The notes under the pieces are model-generated. The model did not search any database. It was not told the DNA's origin and worked only from the letters and a program-made list of their open reading frames with translations. 32,000 nt of DNA from Sinorhizobium meliloti (GTDB taxonomy: Bacteria; Pseudomonadota; Alphaproteobacteria; Rhizobiales; Rhizobiaceae), in contig NZ_JAGIOS010000001.1 of assembly GCF_017876815.1 (NCBI RefSeq), forward strand, positions 1,950,001 to 1,982,000, given 5' to 3'. The translations under genes were made by a program, and so were the position numbers. The stretch's first letter is position 1; every line of letters begins with the position of its first letter. This document shows positions 25,629 to 32,000 of this stretch, piece after piece.

Positions 25629-26707
25629 TCGTCCGAATGAAGGGCAGTATCGCTACATCTGCTGTCCTCCACGCCCTGGTCCTGACCTGGGCGCTGGTGT
25701 CGCTTGGCAGCCCGGCCGATTTCGAGGTCGCGGACGTCGAGGCGCTGCCGGTCGACATCGTGCCGGTCGAGTCGATCACGCAGATCCAGCAGGGCGACAA
25801 GAAGGCTCCGGCCAAGGAAAAGGCATCGCCCGTTCCGACCAAGAAGCCGACGCCCGTCGAGAACGCCGAGAATGTCGGCGAGAACGACGTCGACCTGAAG
25901 ACGCCGCCCACGCCCAATGTCAAGCCGGTCGAGAACGAGTCGGCCGCAGCGCCGCAGAAGACCGAAAAGGCCCCGCCGACGCCCGATCCCGTGAAGGAAG
26001 AGATCGAAAAGGTCGAAGAGACCAAGCCGGCCGCCGAGCCCGCGACGGAAGTGGCGGCACTCCCCGAGCCCAAGCAGGAAGTAAAGCCGGATACGAAGCC
26101 GGAACCGGCACCGGCGGAAGAGCAGCCCGCGGAAAATCCCGAGGCCGAGGCTCTGCCGGACAGGGTGCCGACGCCGCAGGTGAAGCCCAAGGTCGAAAAG
26201 CCCGCGCAGACGGCCAAGACGCCAGAGCGCAAGAAGGAAGAGGTCAAGAAGGAGCAGAAGAAGGCGTCCTCCCAGAAGGAGAGCGACTTCAATGCCGACG
26301 AGATCGCGGCGCTGCTCAACAAGCAGGAATCCTCCGGCGGCGGCGCCAAGCGCTCGACCGAGGAGGCGGCCCTCGGCGGCAAGAAGACGACGAGCGGCAA
26401 CACGCTTTCGCAGAGTGAAATGGACGCGCTTCGCGGCCAGATCCAGAACAACTGGTCGATCATTCCCGGAATGGCCGACGCGGCGGATGTCCGCATCAAG
26501 GTGACGATGCGGCTCGACCCGAACGGCGACCTGATCGGCGAACCGGAAGTGGAAGCCAGCGGCGGCTCGGATGCGGCGCGGCGGGCACTCATGGGTGGTG
26601 CACGCCGGGCCATCCTGAAGTCCGTTCCCTTCAAGGGGCTGCCGGCCGACAAATACGATTCGTGGAGCGAGGTCGTCGTCAACTTCGACCCGAGCTCGAT
26701 GCTCTAG
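25625..26707 (+). CDS. tolA: Tol-Pal system protein TolA
   Basis: N-terminal membrane anchor [21 protein letters not shown] long Pro/Lys/Glu-rich linker is followed by a C-terminal TolA/TonB-like domain ([15 protein letters not shown]...). The GTG at 25625 overlaps the tolR stop. The ATG at 25637 (MKGSIATS) is an equally plausible start. Confidence 0.8.
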   Translation: MIVRMKGSIATSAVLHALVLTWALVSLGSPADFEVADVEALPVDIVPVESITQIQQGDKKAPAKEKASPVPTKKPTPVENAENVGENDVDLKTPPTPNVKPVENESAAAPQKTEKAPPTPDPVKEEIEKVEETKPAAEPATEVAALPEPKQEVKPDTKPEPAPAEEQPAENPEAEALPDRVPTPQVKPKVEKPAQTAKTPERKKEEVKKEQKKASSQKESDFNADEIAALLNKQESSGGGAKRSTEEAALGGKKTTSGNTLSQSEMDALRGQIQNNWSIIPGMADAADVRIKVTMRLDPNGDLIGEPEVEASGGSDAARRALMGGARRAILKSVPFKGLPADKYDSWSEVVVNFDPSSML

Positions 26708-26778
26708 ACAGGTTGGGCCGGTTGTGGGCGGAATATTGCGCCTCATCCTGCTCGGAACACGAAAGGCTGAAAGGCTTT

Positions 26779-28089
26779 ATGGAAATGCTGAGACGCAATT
26801 TTTTCCGCCTCCTGATGGTGCTGGTCGCCGGCTGCGGGCTCATTGCCTCGCCGGCAAATGCGCTCGTCGAGATCAACATCAACAAGGGTAACGTCGAGCC
26901 GCTGCCGATCGCGATCACGGACTTCCTGCAGGGCGAACTCGCCCAGAAGATCTCCGGCGTGATTGCCGCCGACCTAAAGCGCTCCGGGCTTTTCGCGCCG
27001 ATCGACAAGGGCGCCTTCATCGAGAAGATCTCCAATCCCGATGCCACACCGCGTTTCGAGGACTGGAAAGTGATCAACGCGCAGGCGCTCGTCATCGGCC
27101 GCGTCACGCAGGAAGGCGACGGCAGGCTGAAGGCGGAGTTCCGCCTTTGGGATACCTTTGCCGGCCAGCAGATGCTCGGTCAGCAGTTCTACACCCAGCC
27201 GGAGAACTGGCGCCGGGTCGCCCACATCATTGCCGACGCGATCTATGAGAGGATCACCGGCGAGAAGGGGTATTTCGACACGCGCATCGTCTACGTCGCC
27301 GAAAGCGGGCCGAAGAATGCGCGCAAGCGCCAACTCGCCATCATGGACCAGGACGGGGCCAATTCCCGGGCGCTCACCAATTCCAACGACATCGTGCTGA
27401 CGCCGCGCTTCTCGCCGAACCGTCAGGAAATCACCTATATGTCGTTCGAGAACCAGCAGCCGCGCGTTTATCTGCTTCAGCTTGAAACGGGGCAGCGCGA
27501 GGTGGTCGGCAATTTCCCGGGCATGACCTTCGCCCCGCGTTTCTCGCCGGATGGCCAGCGGGTGATCATGAGCCTGCAGCAGGAAGGCAACGCCAACATC
27601 TATACGATGGATCTGCGCTCGCGCACGACGACGCGGCTCACCAACACCGCGGCGATCGACACCTCTCCCTCCTATTCGCCGGACGGCAGCCGGATCGTCT
27701 TCGAAAGCGACCGCGGCGGCAAGCAGCAGCTCTACGTCATGGGCGCCGACGGCTCCGGCCAGACGCGCATTTCCTTCGGCGACGGTTCCTATTCGACGCC
27801 CGTCTGGTCTCCGCGCGGCGACCTCATCGCCTTCACCAAGCAGTCGGGCGGGAAGTTCTCGATCGGCGTCATGAAGCCGGACGGGTCGGGCGAGCGCATT
27901 CTCACCACCGGCTTTCACAATGAAGGCCCCACCTGGGCGCCGAACGGCCGTGTCCTGATGTTTTTCCGTCAGAACGCCGGTGCGGGCGGCCCGCAGCTCT
28001 ATTCGATCGATCTGACGGGCTATAACGAGCAGCTTGTCCAGACGCAGGGCTTCGCCTCGGATCCGGCCTGGTCGCCGCTGATGGAATAG
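26779..28089 (+). CDS. tolB: Tol-Pal system beta-propeller protein TolB
   Basis: Start at [28 protein letters not shown] (signal peptide), after an AAGG motif. Propeller blades recur as FSPNRQ, FSPDGQR, YSPDGSR, WSPRGD and WAPNGR. The track ORF start at 26662 overlaps tolA and is rejected. Confidence 0.95.
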   Translation: MEMLRRNFFRLLMVLVAGCGLIASPANALVEININKGNVEPLPIAITDFLQGELAQKISGVIAADLKRSGLFAPIDKGAFIEKISNPDATPRFEDWKVINAQALVIGRVTQEGDGRLKAEFRLWDTFAGQQMLGQQFYTQPENWRRVAHIIADAIYERITGEKGYFDTRIVYVAESGPKNARKRQLAIMDQDGANSRALTNSNDIVLTPRFSPNRQEITYMSFENQQPRVYLLQLETGQREVVGNFPGMTFAPRFSPDGQRVIMSLQQEGNANIYTMDLRSRTTTRLTNTAAIDTSPSYSPDGSRIVFESDRGGKQQLYVMGADGSGQTRISFGDGSYSTPVWSPRGDLIAFTKQSGGKFSIGVMKPDGSGERILTTGFHNEGPTWAPNGRVLMFFRQNAGAGGPQLYSIDLTGYNEQLVQTQGFASDPAWSPLME

Positions 28090-28134
28090 GGCATCCGCCG
28101 CGAGCCCAATCGAGAGAAATGATGAGATTCAAAG

Positions 28135-28159
28135 ATTTCGGGCCAATACGGCCCGAAAT
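28135..28159 (+). promoter_or_regulatory. perfect 10-bp stem-loop in the tolB-pal spacer (possible attenuator, partial terminator or RNA stabiliser)
   Basis: ATTTCGGGCC-AATAC-GGCCCGAAAT, followed by TCTTCGTG, which is only weakly U-rich. It lies 46 nt after the tolB stop. Confidence 0.4.
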
Positions 28160-28354
28160 TCTTCGTGATCGCGCGTCCACAGTTATGGCAGGGAATGAGG
28201 CGAATGTGCCGCTTTCTCGCCGCAAAGTGCTGGTGTAGCAGGCGCCCCGACGCACATTGTCGATTTGTTAACCATATCCGTTGAAAAGCAATTAACCGCT
28301 TCCGGTTACAGTCTGGCAACCGTGAATTTGACACTTCTCAAGGAGACCCGGCCC

Positions 28355-28885
28355 ATGAGCCGAATTGACACCCCGGCAGCAAGCCGCATGCAGACCATCG
28401 CCCGCAATCCGGTCATGATCGCGCTCGTCATGACGCTTGCCCTTGCTGGCTGCGCTTCGAAGAAGAACCTGCCGAACGATGCTGCCGGCCTCGGTCTCGG
28501 CGCAGGCGCGGCGACCCCGGGCTCGCAGCAGGACTTCACCGTCAACGTCGGCGACCGCATCTTCTTCGATACGGATTCGACGTCGATCCGTGCCGACGCG
28601 CAGGCGACGCTCGACCGCCAAGCCCAGTGGCTGGCAAAATATCCGAACTACGGAATCACCATCGAAGGCCATGCCGACGAGCGCGGCACCCGCGAATACA
28701 ACCTGGCGCTCGGCGCCCGCCGTGCTGCCGCGACCCGCGACTATCTCGTCAGCCGCGGCGTCCCCGGAAACCGCATGCGCACGATCTCCTACGGCAAGGA
28801 AAAGCCGGTCGCCGTCTGCGACGACATCTCCTGCTGGTCGCAGAACCGCCGCGCCGTTACCGTGCTCGGTGGCGCCGGCAGCTGA
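28355..28885 (+). CDS. pal: peptidoglycan-associated lipoprotein Pal (OmpA-like domain)
   Basis: ATG at 28355 with an AAGGAGA Shine-Dalgarno 8 nt upstream. Lipobox LALAGC. OmpA-C region IEGHADERGTREYNLALGARRAAATRDYL. Confidence 0.95.
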   Translation: MSRIDTPAASRMQTIARNPVMIALVMTLALAGCASKKNLPNDAAGLGLGAGAATPGSQQDFTVNVGDRIFFDTDSTSIRADAQATLDRQAQWLAKYPNYGITIEGHADERGTREYNLALGARRAAATRDYLVSRGVPGNRMRTISYGKEKPVAVCDDISCWSQNRRAVTVLGGAGS

Positions 28886-28912
28886 TTATTCGGCATAGAA
28901 GGTGAATTCGAG

Positions 28913-28942
28913 GGGCGGTCTACGGGCCGCCCTTTCTTTTTT
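28913..28942 (+). terminator. rho-independent terminator after pal
   Basis: GGGCGG (28913-28918) pairs with CCGCCC (28927-28932) around an 8-nt loop. It is followed directly by TTTCTTTTTT (28933-28942). Confidence 0.8.
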
Positions 28943-29076
28943 ACCACACTTTGGCCGAACTCCGTTGCTTTTTCACGGGAGTTGGAAAACTGTGCGGCAC
29001 CCCGCCTCGGAATCGGCAAATGTACTGCGCAACGCGATCCAGGGCGGGATAATCGGTTACGAACAGGACAAATGAA

Positions 29077-30114
29077 ATGAAGAAATTTGTCGTGGCAGGA
29101 CTGCTTGGCCTCGTGACCCTTGCGGGTCTCGGCTCTACAGCAGATGCCATGCCGCTTTCCGGGCTCTTTGCCCGCACGACGCAGACCGATGCCGGCAGCA
29201 AGGGCGACCTTCCGGTAATGAAGGTGCAATCACCCGATATTGCGCGGGTCGGTCAACTCGAGGAACAGATCCGCTCCCTCAATGGGCGTATCGAGGAAAT
29301 GAGCTTCCAGCTCCTGCAGATGCAGGAGCAGATCCGGAAGTTCCAGGAGGACAACGAGTTCCGCTTCCAGGATCTGGAAAACGGCAGGTCCTCCTCCAAG
29401 AAGAGCGGCGCGCTTGAAACGCCGAAATCGAATGATCAGGCGTCCGTCACCCCCGGGGTGACGGATAGCCGGCCGTCGGGCGCTCCGGCTGCCGGCGGCG
29501 CCGATATGGCGGGTGTCGATCCCAACGCGCCGGGCGCCGCGCCCGCGCCGGCGACGCTGGGGCAGATCATTTTCGACGAGAACGGCAACCCCGTCTCGGC
29601 AACGGCGGGCGTAGAGCCCGGGGCCAACGCCACTCTGCCCGGCGTCGATACAGGGCTTGCGACCCAGGGCGGTGGCCTCAACGACAATCCGGGAAGCGTG
29701 CCGGACAGCGGACAGGCGACCGCGTCTCTCAGCGATCCGGGCGATCTCTACCAAGCAGGCTACAGCCACGTGCTTTCCGGCGATTACAGCATCGCAGAGC
29801 AGGAATTCCGCGATTACCTCGATGCCTTTCCAAGCGGCGACAAGGCGGCGGATGCGAGCTTCTGGATGGGCGAGGCACAGTATTCGCAAGGCAAGTACAG
29901 CGACGCGGCCAAGACCTTCCTCAACGCGCATCAGAGCCACGGCAAGTCACCGAAGGCTCCGGAAATGCTCTTGAAGCTCGGCATGTCCCTCGGCGCCCTC
30001 GACAACAAGGAGACCGCCTGCGCCACGCTGCGCGAGGTCAACAAGCGCTATCCGAAAGCATCACCCGCCGTGAAGGCGAAGGTGGCGAGCGAGCAGAGCC
30101 GTTTCGGCTGCTGA
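29077..30114 (+). CDS. cpoB: cell division coordinator CpoB / tol-pal system protein YbgF
   Basis: Signal peptide MKKFVVAGLLGLVTLAGLGSTADA. Coiled-coil region LEEQIRSLNGRIEEMSFQLLQMQEQIRKFQEDNEFRFQDLE. C-terminal TPR region YQAGYSHVLSGDYSIAEQEFRDYL...FWMGEAQYSQGKYSDAAKTF. Confidence 0.85.
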   Translation: MKKFVVAGLLGLVTLAGLGSTADAMPLSGLFARTTQTDAGSKGDLPVMKVQSPDIARVGQLEEQIRSLNGRIEEMSFQLLQMQEQIRKFQEDNEFRFQDLENGRSSSKKSGALETPKSNDQASVTPGVTDSRPSGAPAAGGADMAGVDPNAPGAAPAPATLGQIIFDENGNPVSATAGVEPGANATLPGVDTGLATQGGGLNDNPGSVPDSGQATASLSDPGDLYQAGYSHVLSGDYSIAEQEFRDYLDAFPSGDKAADASFWMGEAQYSQGKYSDAAKTFLNAHQSHGKSPKAPEMLLKLGMSLGALDNKETACATLREVNKRYPKASPAVKAKVASEQSRFGC

Positions 30115-30125
30115 GGCGGGCCCAG

Positions 30126-31487
30126 ATGCCCCATGCCGTCCTCGATACGGCCCGAAATTTTCTCCGATCCTTTATCACGCCCCGCAGGATCCTGGTTGCC
30201 GTCTCCGGTGGCAGCGACTCGATGGGGCTGCTTGTAGCCCTGCATTCGGCGATCGCCGCAGATGAGCGACGCGGATTTTCCCTTGCCGCCTGCACTGTCG
30301 ACCATGCGCTGAGGCCGCAGTCGGCTTGTGAAGCCGAAGATGTGGCGGCCTTTTGTGCTGCGCTCGGCATTGCCCACCGTATCTGCCGCTGGGAGGGCGC
30401 GAAGCCGTCGACCGGCATTCAGGCGGCGGCTCGAAACAAGCGCTACGAATTGCTGGCCGAGGCCGCCGACGCGCTCGGCGCCGATTGCATCGCGATCGGC
30501 CATACCCGCGACGACCAGCAGGAGACCGTCGCCATGCGCATTGCCCGCGGCAAGGGTGATGGTGCCGGAGACGGGCAGGGCGAGGGGCATGGCGGCGCCG
30601 GCATGGCCGCGTCCATGTTATACGGACGGCGTATCTGGGTGTTGCGGCCGTTTCTCGGCTTGGCGCGCGCCGAGATCCGCAGCTTTCTCCAGGCACGCGG
30701 CGTCTCCTGGATCGACGATCCGAGCAATGCAAACCCCGCCTTCGAGCGGGTCCGGGTGCGTGCCCGTATAGCGACATCCGGAGGGATGCCGACGCCCTTG
30801 GGCAACGGGCGCCAGCGCGCCGCCTCTTCCGCCAGAGCCGCCGCCCTGATCGAGAAGCGTATCCGCGTTCACGAGGCGCTCGTCGCGGAGGTCTCGGCGC
30901 GGCATGCCGGGGAGATCGACGATCCGGACTGGCGCCGTGCGCTCCTGACGGTCGCGTCGGTTCTCGGCGGGCGCGAGCACATGCCCGCTTTCGCCACGGT
31001 GCAGCGGCTTTCGCAGTTCCTGCGATCGGGTGAGCCTGGCCGCATGACGGCGGGACGGGTCGTCTTCGACCGGCGAGCAAGCGGTCTCTATCTCTATCGA
31101 GAGGCGCGCAACCTGCCGGTGCTCGCCGTTGGACCGGGCCGGCAGGGCGCTTGGGATGGGCGGTTCACGGTAAAGAGCCGCGGGCCTGCGGTTACGGTCG
31201 CCGCGGACGCTTCGGGGAGGTTGTGGACCAAGAGGCTTATTGACGCAGGGCTGCCGGCGGGGATTGCCAAGCGGGGGTCCACGGTGGCACCAGAAATCGC
31301 GTCGACGGACGGCGCGGGGCTCGCCTTCGGCGAGGCTCCGGCGCAAGTCGAGTACCACATCGGGCTTTACGACACCTTTTTGCCGGGTTTCGACAGGATC
31401 ATGGCGGATGCGGTCGCCGTGTCGTTTGGGCGTGATCGATACCCCGCGCCGCCGGTGCACGATGTTTTGATAGAAATGGAAACGTAA
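30126..31487 (+). CDS. tilS: tRNA(Ile)-lysidine synthetase
   Basis: PP-loop motif ILVAVSGGSDSMGLL, followed by GHTRDDQQET. The position immediately upstream of ftsH is conserved widely in bacteria. Confidence 0.9.
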   Translation: MPHAVLDTARNFLRSFITPRRILVAVSGGSDSMGLLVALHSAIAADERRGFSLAACTVDHALRPQSACEAEDVAAFCAALGIAHRICRWEGAKPSTGIQAAARNKRYELLAEAADALGADCIAIGHTRDDQQETVAMRIARGKGDGAGDGQGEGHGGAGMAASMLYGRRIWVLRPFLGLARAEIRSFLQARGVSWIDDPSNANPAFERVRVRARIATSGGMPTPLGNGRQRAASSARAAALIEKRIRVHEALVAEVSARHAGEIDDPDWRRALLTVASVLGGREHMPAFATVQRLSQFLRSGEPGRMTAGRVVFDRRASGLYLYREARNLPVLAVGPGRQGAWDGRFTVKSRGPAVTVAADASGRLWTKRLIDAGLPAGIAKRGSTVAPEIASTDGAGLAFGEAPAQVEYHIGLYDTFLPGFDRIMADAVAVSFGRDRYPAPPVHDVLIEMET

Positions 31488-31586
31488 CCGGCGGTTTTCC
31501 TTGGCAAGGTCACCCCGGACACCTATGTTAGGGACAAGAATACAGTCCGGCAAATGCGCGGGCTGCGACAGGTTCCGGGGAGTTCG

Positions 31587-32000
31587 ATGAACCCTAATTT
31601 TCGAAATTTTGCCCTTTGGGCAATCATAGCGCTTCTCCTGATAGCGCTATTCAGCATGTTCCAGCAGCCGACCGAACGAGCAGGCTCGCGTGAAATTCCA
31701 TTCTCGCAGTTCCTCAAGGACGTCGACGCGAGCCGCGTGAAGGACGTGGTGATCACCGGTTCGAAGGTGATCGGCAGCTACACCGAGAGCGGGGCGACCT
31801 TCCAGACCTATGCGCCCGCCGTCGACACGGCGCTGACGGAGCGGCTGGAAGCCAAGGACGTCACGGTCACGGTTCGGCCGGAGACGGACGGCTCGTCGGG
31901 CTTCCTCAGCTATATCGGAACGCTGTTGCCGATGCTCCTGATCCTCGGCGTCTGGCTGTTCTTCATGCGGCAGATGCAAGGCGGCTCGCGCGGCGCGATG
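31587..32000 (+). CDS. ftsH: ATP-dependent zinc metalloprotease FtsH, N-terminal part (runs off the right edge)
   Basis: My translation from the ATG at 31587 (GGGGAG Shine-Dalgarno 5 nt upstream) gives MNPNFRNFALWAIIALLLIALFSMFQQP...SYIGTLLPMLLILGVWLFFMRQMQGG. This is the two-transmembrane N-terminal module of FtsH. The frame is open to the window edge. Confidence 0.9.
   Translation, partial: MNPNFRNFALWAIIALLLIALFSMFQQPTERAGSREIPFSQFLKDVDASRVKDVVITGSKVIGSYTESGATFQTYAPAVDTALTERLEAKDVTVTVRPETDGSSGFLSYIGTLLPMLLILGVWLFFMRQMQGGSRGAM

Noticed and set aside
25780-26300. Apparent periodic, repetitive DNA in tolA (repeated AAG/CCG/GAA-rich segments). Similar low-complexity stretches occur in cpoB (29400-29720) and tilS (30545-30600, encoding GKGDGAGDGQGEGHGG).
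   Set aside because: These are in-frame Pro/Lys/Glu/Ala or Gly/Asp linker regions typical of TolA and CpoB, and a surface insertion in TilS. They are not tandem DNA repeats with a defined unit, nor non-coding elements.
31620-31660. Direct repeat ATAGCGC...ATAGCGC inside ftsH that resembles the CTATAGCGCC motif upstream of the RND operon.
   Set aside because: It lies in coding sequence for the first transmembrane helix (IIALLLIALF), and the similarity follows from repeated Ile-Ala-Leu codons. There is no reason to treat it as a regulatory site.
1-32000. Searched by eye for tRNA/rRNA genes, CRISPR repeat-spacer arrays, IS/transposase or integrase genes, prophage genes, toxin-antitoxin pairs and defence-system gene sets.
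   Set aside because: None were found. All spacers are under 500 bp and no regularly spaced direct repeats occur. Every ORF over 150 aa that is not an antisense artefact has a housekeeping, envelope, efflux or lipid-synthesis identity. The window looks like core chromosome and not an accessory island.

Overview
High-GC window that reads as ordinary core chromosome of a Rhizobiaceae alpha-proteobacterium. The Sinorhizobium/Ensifer-like assignment is an inference from gene content, the sqdB-sqdD-sqdC operon and the intergenic palindromic repeats. Gene order is: gap(partial)<-tkt | DUF4164-zapA-(candidate 6S RNA) | lysR-type<- | 5-formyl-THF cyclo-ligase, YmdB-like phosphoesterase | RND efflux pair (adaptor + pump) | secreted MBL-fold protein | yebC | LLM oxidoreductase<- | ruvC-ruvA-ruvB-metallophosphoesterase | sqdC<-sqdD<-sqdB | ybgC | ligD<- | tolQ-tolR-tolA-tolB-pal-cpoB(ybgF)-tilS-ftsH(partial). 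I found no tRNA, rRNA, CRISPR array, transposase, integrase or phage genes. I did not find a convincing undescribed multi-gene system, and nearly every large ORF has a recognisable housekeeping identity. The observations worth a second look are small-scale. (1) Two about 140-bp composite palindromic (RIME/REP-like) elements sit at convergent gene junctions; one carries a compensatory base-pair change between its two hairpins and supplies the stop codon of sqdC. (2) Conserved plus-strand synteny blocks (zapA-6S-ygfA and ruvCAB-ybgC-tolQRAB-pal) are each split by minus-strand inserts (lysR; sqdBDC; an orphan ligD without ku). (3) A tandem-hairpin plus U-tract unit upstream of DUF4164-zapA could be an sRNA or attenuator. 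(4) Operator-like palindromes lie upstream of the RND operon, and in the sqdB/ybgC, ligD/tolQ and tolB/pal spacers; the last two each contain an exact TTAACCAT octamer. (5) About 470 bp next to the LysR gene has no convincing gene. (6) The secreted MBL-fold protein seems to lack the canonical HxHxDH motif. All coordinates of non-coding elements come from reading the sequence by eye and are approximate.
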